Below, piece by piece: positions 43,788 through 54,358 of a DNA stretch of 64,000 nucleotides. The first letter of the stretch is position 1; every line of letters begins with the position of its first letter. Where the stretch lies: assembly GCF_046105845.1 (NCBI RefSeq), contig NZ_CP151004.1. One strand, given 5' to 3'. Both the position numbers and the translations under genes were made by a program. The notes beneath the pieces were generated by a model. The model made no database searches and was not told the DNA's origin. It worked only from the letters and a program-made list of their open reading frames with translations. Source of the DNA: Escherichia coli (GTDB taxonomy: Bacteria > Pseudomonadota > Gammaproteobacteria > Enterobacterales > Enterobacteriaceae).

Positions 43788-45413
43788 ATGAATATTTTCA
43801 CAGAGGCTGCAAAACTCGAAGAGCAAAATTGTCCGTTTGCGATGGCGCAAATTGTTGATAGCCGAGGCTCGACTCCCCGCCATTCTGCACAAATGTTAGT
43901 GCGCGCCGATGGCTCTATCGTCGGTACAATTGGTGGCGGAATGGTTGAGCGGAAGGTGATTGAAGAGTCGCTTCAGGCATTGCAGGAACGTAAGCCGCGA
44001 TTATTCCATGGACGTATGGCTCGTAACGGTGCGGATGCTGTCGGGTCAGATTGTGGAGGTGCAATGTCAGTATTTATCAGCGTCCATGGTATGCGTCCAC
44101 GTCTGGTGTTGATTGGCGCGGGGCATGTCAACCGGGCGATAGCCCAGAGTGCGGCGCTATTAGGATTTGATATTGCCGTTGCTGATATTTATCGCGAAAG
44201 CCTCAATCCTGAACTATTCCCACCATCAACCACGCTTCTCCATGCTGAGTCGTTTGGTGCGGCAGTGGAAGCACTGGATATTCGCCCTGATAATTTTGTC
44301 CTGATTGCCACGAATAATCAGGATCGTGAAGCCCTCGACAAACTCATTGAACAGCCCATTGCATGGTTGGGGTTGCTGGCAAGTCGTCGCAAGGTTCAGC
44401 TTTTCCTGCGTCAATTGCGTGAGAAAGGCGTGGCTGAAGAACATATTGCCCGTTTACATGCGCCTGTTGGTTACAACATAGGTGCGGAAACGCCGCAGGA
44501 GATCGCCATCAGCGTGCTGGCAGAAATATTACAGGTGAAAAATAACGCGCCGGGTGGGCTGATGATGAAACCTTCTCATCCTTCTGGACACCAGCTGGTG
44601 GTGATTCGCGGTGCGGGGGATATCGCCAGTGGTGTGGCGCTACGTCTGTATCATGCGGGTTTTAAAGTGATCATGCTGGAAGTGGAAAAACCGACAGTGA
44701 TTCGTTGTACCGTGGCGTTTGCCCAGGCCGTGTTCGATGGCGAAATGACGGTCGAAGGCGTCACTGCCCGCCTGGCAACCAGCTCTGCGGAAGCGATGAA
44801 ACTTACCGAACGCGGATTCATCCCTGTGATGGTAGATCCCGCCTGTTCATTGCTTGATGAACTGAAACCGCTTTGCGTGGTGGACGCTATTCTGGCGAAA
44901 CAGAATTTGGGGACGCGGGCAGATATGGCACCAGTAACAATCGCGCTTGGGCCGGGCTTTATTGCAGGGAAGGATTGTCATGCGGTAATTGAAACAAATC
45001 GCGGGCACTGGCTCGGTCAGGTGATTTACTCTGGTTGTGCGCAGGAGAATACCGGTGTTCCTGGCAATATTATGGGGCATACCACCCGACGGGTGATCCG
45101 TGCTCCTGCTGCAGGCATTATGCGATCCAACGTGAAATTAGGCGATCTGGTGAAAGAGGGCGATGTGATTGCCTGGATTGGTGAGCATGAAATTAAAGCA
45201 CCGTTGACGGGGATGGTGCGTGGCTTGTTGAACGACGGCCTGGCAGTGGTTGGTGGTTTTAAAATTGGTGATATCGATCCTCGTGGTGAAACGGCTGATT
45301 TCACCAGCGTTTCTGATAAAGCCCGGGCGATTGGCGGCGGCGTACTTGAGGCGTTAATGATGTTGATGCATCAGGGCGTTAAAGCGACGAAAGAAGTGCT
45401 GGAAGTGGCTTAA
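43788..45413 (+). CDS. yqeB: Selenium-dependent molybdenum hydroxylase 1 accessory protein, YqeB family (XdhC/CoxI-like)
   Basis: 541-aa ORF MNIFTEAAKLEEQNCPFAMAQIVDSRGSTPRHSAQMLVR... Confidence 0.85.
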   Translation: MNIFTEAAKLEEQNCPFAMAQIVDSRGSTPRHSAQMLVRADGSIVGTIGGGMVERKVIEESLQALQERKPRLFHGRMARNGADAVGSDCGGAMSVFISVHGMRPRLVLIGAGHVNRAIAQSAALLGFDIAVADIYRESLNPELFPPSTTLLHAESFGAAVEALDIRPDNFVLIATNNQDREALDKLIEQPIAWLGLLASRRKVQLFLRQLREKGVAEEHIARLHAPVGYNIGAETPQEIAISVLAEILQVKNNAPGGLMMKPSHPSGHQLVVIRGAGDIASGVALRLYHAGFKVIMLEVEKPTVIRCTVAFAQAVFDGEMTVEGVTARLATSSAEAMKLTERGFIPVMVDPACSLLDELKPLCVVDAILAKQNLGTRADMAPVTIALGPGFIAGKDCHAVIETNRGHWLGQVIYSGCAQENTGVPGNIMGHTTRRVIRAPAAGIMRSNVKLGDLVKEGDVIAWIGEHEIKAPLTGMVRGLLNDGLAVVGGFKIGDIDPRGETADFTSVSDKARAIGGGVLEALMMLMHQGVKATKEVLEVA

Positions 45414-45421
45414 ATGAAAAT

Positions 45422-45447
45422 GGCCGGATGGTATTACCCACCCGGCC
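45422..45447. terminator. Bidirectional terminator hairpin between convergent yqeB and yqeA
   Basis: ggccggatggtattacccacccggcc, roughly 10-bp stem. Confidence 0.55.
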
Positions 45448-45453
45448 TTTAAA

Positions 45454-46386
45454 TTACTGACAAATCACCGTTCCGGTTTTGCCTTCAATCCCTTCTTTCG
45501 CTTTGCTCAATACGGTAATCAGTGCTTCACGACCTGCGCGAGAGCGAGCAAACGAGGCGGCAGCTTCCACTTTAGGCAGCATAGAACCTTTCGCAAAATG
45601 ACCTTCTTCGATAAAGCGTTCAGCATCACTTAATGACAGGCGATCGAGCCACTGTTCATTCTCTTTACCGAAGTTAATGGCCACTTTTTCTACCGCAGTC
45701 AGAATGATCAGCATATCGGCATCAATCATTTCTGCTAAACGGGCGCTGGCCCAGTCTTTATCGATAACCGCACTGGCACCACGCAGGTGGTTACCTTCAC
45801 GAATAACAGGGATACCACCTCCGCCAACGGTGATCACCACCTGGCCTGCATCTACCAACGCTTTAACCGTTTCTTTTTCAATGATATCAACCGGTTTTGG
45901 CGAGGCAACAACACGGCGATAGCCGCGACCAGCATCTTCTTTCAGAGTGTAACCCTGTTTTGTCAGTTGCTCTGCTTCTTGTTCGGTAAAGAACGAACCG
46001 ATCGGCTTGGTCGGGTTGAGGAATGCCGGGTCGTTAGCATCGACTTCGACCTGGGTAACCAGCGTTGCTACAGGTTTATTAATGCCACGAGAAAGCAGTT
46101 CTTCTCTTAATGCGTTTTGTAGATCGTAACCAATATAACCCTGGCTTAAGGCAACACAGACAGACATCGGCAGCATTGGCGAGTGCGCTTCAGTTTTTGC
46201 GGCAGCTTCAAAGGCCTGGTTAATCATGCCCACCTGTGGCCCGTTACCGTGAGTGACGATGACCTCATGTCCCTGGGCAATTAAATCAACAATTGCCTGA
46301 GACGTAATTTTTACCGCTTTCATTTGTCCGGCCAGGTCATCGCCCAGCGCATTCCCGCCCAGGGCGAGAACAATTTTCTTACTCAT
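45454..46386 (-). CDS. yqeA: Carbamate kinase-like protein
   Basis: 310-aa ORF MSKKIVLALGGNALGDDLAGQ...; amino-acid-kinase family N-terminal motif. Confidence 0.9.
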   Translation of the reverse strand: MSKKIVLALGGNALGDDLAGQMKAVKITSQAIVDLIAQGHEVIVTHGNGPQVGMINQAFEAAAKTEAHSPMLPMSVCVALSQGYIGYDLQNALREELLSRGINKPVATLVTQVEVDANDPAFLNPTKPIGSFFTEQEAEQLTKQGYTLKEDAGRGYRRVVASPKPVDIIEKETVKALVDAGQVVITVGGGGIPVIREGNHLRGASAVIDKDWASARLAEMIDADMLIILTAVEKVAINFGKENEQWLDRLSLSDAERFIEEGHFAKGSMLPKVEAAASFARSRAGREALITVLSKAKEGIEGKTGTVICQ

Positions 46387-46433
46387 TTTTCCTCACTCAT
46401 CATTCTTGATTGTGTATAGATCCCTGGCAGTGG

Positions 46434-47819
46434 TTAGAGCACGGGAGGGACAAACGGTTTGCGTCGCAGGAAACGACCTCGCCCGGCTTTGCCTGTAAAG
46501 GTGCCGTCACAGAAAATCGTTTCACCACGGGATAAGGTTCTGACAATCGCGCCCTGACAGGTAAAACCCTCCCATGGCGAGTAGTCGGCGTTGTCGTGGA
46601 GATGGCGATGCTGAATTTGTTGGCTCTGACGTGGGTCGATAATCACCACGTCGCCATCGGAACCGGGCGCTAATAATCCTTTTTGCGGCCACAGGCCAAA
46701 CAGCCTGGCGGGCATTGCGCTGGTTAATTCAACAAAACGTTCCGGTGTTATACGTCCCGTCATAACGCCACTGGAAAACAGTAACTGCATGCGGTTTTCC
46801 ACACCGGGTAAGCCATTTGGGCAGCGACTGAAATCGCCTTTAGAAATTTGCAGGCGTTGAGCCATCGAGAACGTGCAGTGATCGGTCGCTACCACGTCAA
46901 TCGCACCATCGCTGATGCCACACCACAGTTTGTCCTGCTCGCGTACGTTACGCAGCGGTGGGCTAAGAATGAACTTCATGCCATCTTCTGTATCGTAACT
47001 GCGTTCGTCCAACAGGAGATATTGTGGGCAGGTTTCAACCCAGACTGGCTGGTGATTCGCACGGGCAAGACGCAGATAATCCAGACCTAAGCCGTTAGAC
47101 AGGTGCACGATATAGAGCGGGGCGTTACCGGCAATTTGTGCCAGGTTAATCATGCGGGCGATGGCTTCCGCTTCGCATTCCAGAGGGCGACTCAAGGCGT
47201 GATAGCGCGGCGCGGTTAACCCTGCGGCAATAAACTCCGCCCGCTTGCTGGCGATAGCTGCATCATTTTCCGGGTGCACGGTGGTCAGCGCGCCGGACTC
47301 ATGCAAGCGGCGTAACGCCTGCAAAACTTCGTCATCGTTGAGTTTGTATTGATAGGTTAAATAGAGTTTAAAACTGCTCAGCCCTTCCTCGACCATCATC
47401 GGGATTTCGTCGAGGATGGCGTGATTAATGTGCTGGATCACACCGTGAAAGCTGTAGTCGATGACCGCCTTATGGGCGGCATAACCACGATAAACCTCCA
47501 GTTGATGGCGTAACCGGCAGCCATTCGGGCCAAATCCCATATGGTCAATAATGGTTGTTGTACCGCCACACGCAGCTGCGCGGGTACCGGTAAAAAAATC
47601 ATCACAACTGCGCGCGATGCCGACATCAATATTGAAATGCGTATGGACATCCACGCCGCCAGGGAAAACGTAACAGCCAGTGGCATCAATTTCTTCATAC
47701 GGGAGCTGTGGCGAAATATTGTTGCCCAACTGGCGAACAATCCCGCTTTCAATCAGCAAATCCTGTTTGGCTTGTCCATCTGCGTTAACGACAGTGCCGT
47801 TTTTGATCAATACGCGCAT
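46434..47819 (-). CDS. hyuA: D-phenylhydantoinase / dihydropyrimidinase-like cyclic amidohydrolase
   Basis: Start set at MRVLIKNGTVVNADGQAKQDLLIESGIV... to give 461 aa; DxHxH metal motif (GGVDVHTHF). Confidence 0.9.
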   Translation of the reverse strand: MRVLIKNGTVVNADGQAKQDLLIESGIVRQLGNNISPQLPYEEIDATGCYVFPGGVDVHTHFNIDVGIARSCDDFFTGTRAAACGGTTTIIDHMGFGPNGCRLRHQLEVYRGYAAHKAVIDYSFHGVIQHINHAILDEIPMMVEEGLSSFKLYLTYQYKLNDDEVLQALRRLHESGALTTVHPENDAAIASKRAEFIAAGLTAPRYHALSRPLECEAEAIARMINLAQIAGNAPLYIVHLSNGLGLDYLRLARANHQPVWVETCPQYLLLDERSYDTEDGMKFILSPPLRNVREQDKLWCGISDGAIDVVATDHCTFSMAQRLQISKGDFSRCPNGLPGVENRMQLLFSSGVMTGRITPERFVELTSAMPARLFGLWPQKGLLAPGSDGDVVIIDPRQSQQIQHRHLHDNADYSPWEGFTCQGAIVRTLSRGETIFCDGTFTGKAGRGRFLRRKPFVPPVL

Positions 47820-47871
47820 AGCAAACTCCAAAAACCCTCCGGCGAACCGGAGGGGAATAAGTGAAGAGTAA

Positions 47872-49083
47872 TTATTCGGTTGCCAGCCAGCTTAACGGGA
47901 TTGCAGCGTACATCGCGGCACAGGTCACCAGGTGAGATTTCCAGGTTTTTTCGTTAGGTGCATGTGCTTCAGGTTCTTTACCCGGGCCAAAGCCGATCAC
48001 CGGAATGCCGTGACGGCCCATGATAGATACGCCGTTAGTTGAGAAGGTCCACTTATCAACAACCGGCGCTTTGCCAAACAGCCCTTCGTAGGCATTCACC
48101 AGTGCTTTAACGGTGAAGTGATCTTCTTCCACTTTCCAGGTCGGGAAGTAGCATTCGGTTGGGTATACCAGGCCAGTCCAGGACGGACGGTCGTAGTTGT
48201 ACATAGAAACAACCGCGTTAGCTTTCTGTACCGCAGGCAGGGCGCGGATTTCATCCAGCGCGCCTTCCCAGGTTTCGCCCCAGGTCAGACGGCGGTCAAT
48301 AGAGACGGCGCAGCTATCTGCTACTGCGCAACGGCTTGGGGATGTGAAGAAGATTTCAGAAACGGTGAGGGTGCCTTTGCCGAGGAATTCGTCATAACCC
48401 AGACGTTGGGAGAGTTCTTGTAATTCGCCAAGAATCGGACCCATTTTGAAAATGGCGTTGTCACCGCGTTCTGGTGCAGAACCGTGGCAGCTAACACCCT
48501 GAACATCAATACGAATTTCCATACGACCGCGCTGACCACGGTATACCTGGCAGTCGGTTGGTTCGGTACTGACCACAAATTCCGGGCGAATGCCGGATTG
48601 TTCAATAATGTACTGCCAGCACAGGCCGTCGCAGTCTTCTTCCTGCACAGTACCGGTAACCAGCAGGGTATATTCATCTTCCAGACCGAGGTCTTTAATG
48701 ATTTTACCGGCATAAACCATAGATGCCATGCCGCCTTCCTGGTCGGAAGTACCGCGACCACCGATCAGCTCATCAGTTTCCATGCCTTCGTACGGATCGA
48801 AGTCCCAGTTTTTGATGTTGCCAATGCCGACGGTATCGATATGAGCGTCCATTGCCACCAGACGCGGGCCGTGGCCGATATAACCGAGAACGTTGCCCAT
48901 CGGGTCGATTTCAACTTTATCGAAGCCTACTTTTTCCATCTCTTCTTTAATACGATGTACTACGCGTTTTTCGTCGCAGCTTTCACTGGGAATAGCAACC
49001 ATGTCGCGCAGGAAGCGAGTCATGTCCGCCTGGTAATCTTTTGCTTTTTCAAGAATCAGTTTGAATGGAATATTCTTAGCCAT
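47872..49083 (-). CDS. ygeY: M20-family peptidase / amidohydrolase
   Basis: 403-aa [38 protein letters not shown]... Confidence 0.9.
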
Positions 49084-49140
49084 TATTTTTCTCCAGATTT
49101 TTTACTCCCCGTTTTGCAGGGAGCAGTTCCAATAGGGTGA

Positions 49141-50337
49141 TTAAGGTGCTACAGCGTGTTTGCCTTCCCAGACAACTTCGCGGTAGTGCTTCACGTCTGT
49201 GTCGCCTTCAGTGCTGATAACCAGCACTACGGCATCTTTGTTCAGCGCCAGTTTTTCCATCAGGCTTTGACGTTGCGGGTGATAATGAACCGCTGCGAGA
49301 ACGCCCAAACCGACAGCGCCGGATTCACCGGAGATGATGCGCGGGTCATTGCCGTACGGATTACCCAGCACACGCATACCTAATGCGGCAACGCTGTCCT
49401 GGCAGGAGATGAATTGGGTGGCGCAGTTACGTAGGATTTCCCAGCCCAGCGGGTTAGGTTCGCCGCAGGCCAGGCCCGCCATGATGGTGGCCATATCACC
49501 GCCAACGTTGACGATGTCGCCTTTGACGCCGGAGCGATAAATACAGTCAGCTTTGTCAGGTTCAACAATAATGCTGTGCAGATTTTGCGGGCTGTAGACG
49601 TCGACCAGATAACCCAGCACACCACCGGCCATTGCACCGACACCGGCTTGCAGCAGAACGTGTGTCGGGGTTACGCCCATTTCACGCATTTGCTCGACGG
49701 CTTCATCTGCCAGTGTTGCGTAGCCTTGCATGATCCAGGTTGGGATTTTGGTGTAACCTTTCCATGCTGTGTCCTGTACCACTTCCCAACCGTGCTGCTG
49801 CGCATGTTGCATGGTCAGGCGAACGGTATCGTCATAGTTCATATCCGTGACGATGCACTCGGCACCGAGGTTCAGAATGGCGTCAACGCGTTCCTGAGCA
49901 GAACCTTTCGGCATGTAAATCACCGCATTCTGTCCGAGTTGCTGCGCTGCCCACGCCACACCGCGCCCGTGGTTGCCGTCGGTGGTGGTCGCGAAAGTCA
50001 TTTTTTCGCCGATGGCATTTTTCAGGTGCTCAAATGACAGCGTTTCGATATCAAGATGATATTTTTCACACAATAATTGAGCGATGGCGTATGCACCGCC
50101 GAGCATTTTGAAGGCGTTCAGACCGAATCGTTTTGATTCGTCTTTGACGAGAATTTTCTTCACACCAAAAAGGTTTGCGAGATCGTCCAGCGCACAAAGC
50201 GGTGTTGGGCGATAACCAGCAATTTTCTGGTGGAACTGGCGCGCCAGTTTGGCCTGGCTTTGCGAAAAGAGCGGTGATGTTTCGCCGTTGAAAAATTTGT
50301 TATCGGCGATATCAATCTTCAATGAGAAAACGGACAT
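49141..50337 (-). CDS. ygeX: Diaminopropionate ammonia-lyase (PLP-dependent)
   Basis: 398-aa ORF MSVFSLKIDIADNKFFNGETSPLF...; PLP-lysine region DESKRFGLNAFKMLGG. Confidence 0.9.
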   Translation of the reverse strand: MSVFSLKIDIADNKFFNGETSPLFSQSQAKLARQFHQKIAGYRPTPLCALDDLANLFGVKKILVKDESKRFGLNAFKMLGGAYAIAQLLCEKYHLDIETLSFEHLKNAIGEKMTFATTTDGNHGRGVAWAAQQLGQNAVIYMPKGSAQERVDAILNLGAECIVTDMNYDDTVRLTMQHAQQHGWEVVQDTAWKGYTKIPTWIMQGYATLADEAVEQMREMGVTPTHVLLQAGVGAMAGGVLGYLVDVYSPQNLHSIIVEPDKADCIYRSGVKGDIVNVGGDMATIMAGLACGEPNPLGWEILRNCATQFISCQDSVAALGMRVLGNPYGNDPRIISGESGAVGLGVLAAVHYHPQRQSLMEKLALNKDAVVLVISTEGDTDVKHYREVVWEGKHAVAP

Positions 50338-50394
50338 ATCCTATCCTTTTGGCCTCTGGAAATAGAGGGCCGACCAGCTGATCGGCCCGAGGGG

Positions 50395-51585
50395 TTATTT
50401 CACGCGTTCTTGCGCTTCTTTCAGCAGTTGCTCGAGCAGTGCACCTGGTTTGGCGTATTTACGGGACAGGATCATCGCGGCGATGATATAAGGCTTCCAG
50501 CTGGCTTCTTTGTAGGTCGCGATACGGTATTTTTCGAATACGCCTTCAGTCACTTCACCTTCTTTGCAGGATACGCCGCTGATATCAGCTGGCAGGCAGT
50601 GCATGTACAGGGCTTCGCCATCACGGGTCAGTTCCATCATCTCTTCAGTACAATGCCAGTCTTTGTGTTGCGCGTTCTGTGCCAGACACTGTTTTTCCAG
50701 TGCTTTTAAGCCTTCGTGGTCGTTCGCACGCAGCAATTCAGTACGCTCTTCCATCACTTTGTAAGGTGCCCATGACTTCGGATAAACGATGTCTGCGTCT
50801 TTGAAGGCTTCTTCCATGCTGGTGACCTGACGGAAACTACCGCCAGAGGCTTTAGCATTGTTTTTCGCCACTTCAACCACATCCGGGATCAGGTCGTAGC
50901 CTTCCGGATGGGCCAGGGTGACATCCATACCGAAGCGAGTCATCAGACCGATGATGCCTTGTGGTACAGAGAGCGGTTTGCCATAGCTTGGGGAGTAGGC
51001 CCAGGTCATGGCGATTTTTTTACCTTTCAGGTTTTCCAGTGAACCAAAGTGTTCACGTAACCATGCCAGGTCAGCCATTGACTGAGTCGGGTGGTCAATA
51101 TCGCATTGCAGGTTCACTAAAGCCGGACGTTGCGGCAGCACACCCTGCTTGTAACCGTCATCAAGTGCAGCGCCAACTTCACGCATATAGGCGTTGCCTG
51201 CGCCCAGATACATATCGTCGCGAATACCAATAGCGTCGGCGCAGAAGGAGATCATATTGGCGGTTTCACGCACGGTTTCGCCGTGAGCGATTTGTGATTT
51301 GCCTTCGTCGAGATCTTGCTGTGCAAGGCCGAGCAGGTTAAGCGCGGAAGCATAAGAGAAGCGGGTTCGGGTGGAGTTGTCGCGGAATACGGAAATACCT
51401 AATCCACTATTAAAGACTTTGGTTGAGATGTTTTCAGCACGCAGTGCTTTTAATGCTGCGGCAACGTCCAGTACTTGTTTCAGTTCATCTGGCGTCTGTT
51501 CCCACGTTAACAAAAAATCTTTTTCGTGAAGGTGAGAGGTCAGCGAATTGATATCCTTAATCAGCTCATTAACAGTTTTCATCAT
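50395..51585 (-). CDS. ygeW: Carbamoyltransferase-like protein (ATCase/OTCase fold)
   Basis: 396-aa ORF MMKTVNELIKDINSLTSHLHEKDFLLTWEQ...; STRTR carbamoyl-phosphate-binding motif. Confidence 0.9.
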   Translation of the reverse strand: MMKTVNELIKDINSLTSHLHEKDFLLTWEQTPDELKQVLDVAAALKALRAENISTKVFNSGLGISVFRDNSTRTRFSYASALNLLGLAQQDLDEGKSQIAHGETVRETANMISFCADAIGIRDDMYLGAGNAYMREVGAALDDGYKQGVLPQRPALVNLQCDIDHPTQSMADLAWLREHFGSLENLKGKKIAMTWAYSPSYGKPLSVPQGIIGLMTRFGMDVTLAHPEGYDLIPDVVEVAKNNAKASGGSFRQVTSMEEAFKDADIVYPKSWAPYKVMEERTELLRANDHEGLKALEKQCLAQNAQHKDWHCTEEMMELTRDGEALYMHCLPADISGVSCKEGEVTEGVFEKYRIATYKEASWKPYIIAAMILSRKYAKPGALLEQLLKEAQERVK

Positions 51586-52060
51586 AAAGTCCCGGTAGTG
51601 GAATGACAGGCAAAGAGGTTTATTTCACTGTGACTTGCCAAAGTGATTGGTGTTTTCACAGCTATACCTGGGACTAACAATAAGTGTGCCAGAATTATCC
51701 GCGCGGCTGGAAAAGACTAATTTGACGGATAATGTGTGGGGTTGATCACAAATTGATGCCAGCTTCCGGTTGTTTGTAAAATACGAAAACGTTTGGCTTT
51801 TTTTATCGCGTTATTTATTTGCTGCTAAGTATCAGAAATAAGATAAAGGGACAGGCGATCTCTCTTCAGTTTGATAAACTCACCGCCGTAATTCTCATAT
51901 TGATATAGAAATGTGATATCTCTTCCATAATTTCATTAGAAAGTGATAAAAATCTTATGTTTTTATCAAAGCCAATTTCGCCTGAGTTAATATCATCATG
52001 ATCTATGAACCATCAACGTCTTCAATGATCGACTTTTAAGTAAGTCTGGAAGGTAAAGCT

Positions 52061-53839
52061 ATGGAGCTTGCTACTACGCAGTCAGTATTGATGCAAATTC
52101 AACCGACAATTCAGCGTTTTGCCAGAATGCTTGCCAGCGTTTTGCAGCTTGAGGTTGAGATCGTTGATGAAAACTTGTGTCGCGTCGCCGGAACGGGCGC
52201 GTATGGGAAGTTTCTTGGTCGCCAGTTGAGCGGCAACTCACGCCTGCTCCGCCACGTCCTGGAAACGAAAACTGAAAAAGTTGTGACACAGTCTCGCTTC
52301 GATCCCCTTTGTGAAGGTTGCGATAGTAAAGAAAATTGCCGCGAAAAAGCATTTCTGGGTACGCCTGTCATTTTACAGGATCGTTGTGTTGGGGTGATAA
52401 GTTTGATTGCCGTTACCCACGAGCAACAAGAGCATATTAGTGATAATTTACGCGAATTTTCTGATTACGTTCGCCATATATCCACCATTTTTGTTTCGAA
52501 ACTTCTGGAGGATCAGGGACCAGGAGATAACATCAGTAAAATATTCGCGACCATGATCGATAATATGGATCAGGGTGTATTAGTTGTTGATGACGATAAT
52601 CGGGTTCAGTTTGTTAATCAGACAGCCTTAAAAACACTCGGTGTTGTGCAAAATAATATTATTGGGAAACCTATCCGTTTCAGACCATTAACATTTGAGA
52701 GTAATTTTACCCATGGACATATGCAGCATATTGTTTCGTGGGACGATAAAAGTGAGTTAATCATTGGTCAATTGCATAACATTCAGGGCCGACAATTATT
52801 TTTAATGGCGTTTCACCAATCGCATACCAGTTTTTCTGTAGCAAATGCACCTGATGAACCGCATATTGAACAATTGGTTGGCGAGTGCCGTGTTATGCGG
52901 CAATTAAAACGACTCATTAGCCGTATTGCACCCAGCCCATCCAGCGTTATGGTGGTTGGTGAAAGCGGCACAGGTAAAGAAGTCGTCGCCCGTGCAATCC
53001 ATAAGTTGAGCGGAAGACGGAATAAACCCTTTATTGCTATCAACTGTGCCGCGATTCCGGAGCAGCTTCTGGAGAGCGAACTGTTCGGTTATGTTAAAGG
53101 CGCATTTACTGGCGCTTCTGCCAACGGTAAAACAGGGTTGATTCAGGCGGCGAATACGGGCACGCTGTTTCTCGATGAAATAGGTGATATGCCATTAATG
53201 TTGCAGGCTAAATTACTGCGCGCTATTGAGGCGCGTGAAATTCTGCCGATTGGTGCCAGTAGCCCAATACAAGTCGACATTCGCATCATTTCTGCAACTA
53301 ACCAGAATTTGGCCCAGTTCATTGCCGAAGGTAAATTCCGCGAAGATCTCTTCTACCGACTTAATGTTATCCCGATAACTCTGCCACCGCTGCGTGAACG
53401 TCAGGAAGATATTGAACTACTGGTGCATTACTTTTTACATCTGCATACCCGTCGTCTGGGATCGGTTTATCCGGGCATTGCTCCCGATGTCGTCGAAATA
53501 TTGCGTAAGCATCGTTGGCCCGGAAACCTGCGCGAGTTAAGCAATTTGATGGAATATCTGGTTAACGTGGTTCCTTCAGGTGAAGTTATCGACAGCACGC
53601 TATTGCCGCCAAATCTGCTGAATAATGGCACAACGGAGCAAAGTGGTGTAACAGAGGTCAACGAGGCGCACCTGGCACTCGATGATGCGGGCGGCACGGC
53701 GCTGGAGGAGATGGAAAAGCAAATGATCCGCGAGGCGCTTTCACGTCATAACAGCAAGAAGCAAGTTGCTGATGAACTGGGCATCGGCATTGCTACGCTC
53801 TATCGCAAGATTAAGAAATATGAGTTGTTAAACACATAA
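52061..53839 (+). CDS. ygeV: Sigma-54-dependent transcriptional activator (bacterial enhancer-binding protein)
   Basis: 592 aa; AAA+ sigma-54 interaction domain (GESGTGKE Walker A, GAFTGA motif, C-terminal HTH). Confidence 0.92.
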   Translation: MELATTQSVLMQIQPTIQRFARMLASVLQLEVEIVDENLCRVAGTGAYGKFLGRQLSGNSRLLRHVLETKTEKVVTQSRFDPLCEGCDSKENCREKAFLGTPVILQDRCVGVISLIAVTHEQQEHISDNLREFSDYVRHISTIFVSKLLEDQGPGDNISKIFATMIDNMDQGVLVVDDDNRVQFVNQTALKTLGVVQNNIIGKPIRFRPLTFESNFTHGHMQHIVSWDDKSELIIGQLHNIQGRQLFLMAFHQSHTSFSVANAPDEPHIEQLVGECRVMRQLKRLISRIAPSPSSVMVVGESGTGKEVVARAIHKLSGRRNKPFIAINCAAIPEQLLESELFGYVKGAFTGASANGKTGLIQAANTGTLFLDEIGDMPLMLQAKLLRAIEAREILPIGASSPIQVDIRIISATNQNLAQFIAEGKFREDLFYRLNVIPITLPPLRERQEDIELLVHYFLHLHTRRLGSVYPGIAPDVVEILRKHRWPGNLRELSNLMEYLVNVVPSGEVIDSTLLPPNLLNNGTTEQSGVTEVNEAHLALDDAGGTALEEMEKQMIREALSRHNSKKQVADELGIGIATLYRKIKKYELLNT

Positions 53840-53850
53840 CCTCAGTGAAT

Positions 53851-53870
53851 CCGGCCTGAATTCAGGCCGG
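53851..53870. terminator. Perfect palindrome between convergent ygeV and xdhC (bidirectional terminator candidate)
   Basis: ccggcctgaattcaggccgg followed by T-rich tract. Confidence 0.55.
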
Positions 53871-53878
53871 ATATCCTT

Positions 53879-54358
53879 TTACTTCGTTTTCTCGCAATCC
53901 AGAACTGTATTTACAATCATCTGATACCCCGTGCAGCGACAAAGATTTCCCGCCAGTCCGCGACGAATTTCCGTAATGGTTAATGGTTTCTCGCGTGGTT
54001 TCGCCAGCATTGCTGTGGTAGCCATAATCAGGCCAGGCGTACAAAACCCGCACTGCACTGCGCCGGATTTCGCATAAGCCTGCTGAACATGAGAAAGTTT
54101 TCCGCCTTTCGCTTCACCTTCCAGCGTGCGGATCTCTTTTCCTTCAGCCCAGGCGGCAAGGTATAAGCAACTGTCTATTGCTGTGCCGTCGACCAGCACC
54201 GTACAGGCACCACATTCACCCACGCAGCACCCTTGTTTGACACTTAGCAGTCCTTGTTCGCGGAGTAATTCCGAGAGCGGCGTGCCTGGTGCGGCGTGAA
54301 GCTGAAAAGGCATCCCGTTAATGGTGCATTCGATGGTAATTGTTTCGCTGTGATTCAT
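53879..54358 (-). CDS. xdhC: Xanthine dehydrogenase 2Fe-2S subunit
   Basis: 159 aa with two Cys clusters ([11 protein letters not shown]; CGFCTPG). Confidence 0.92.
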
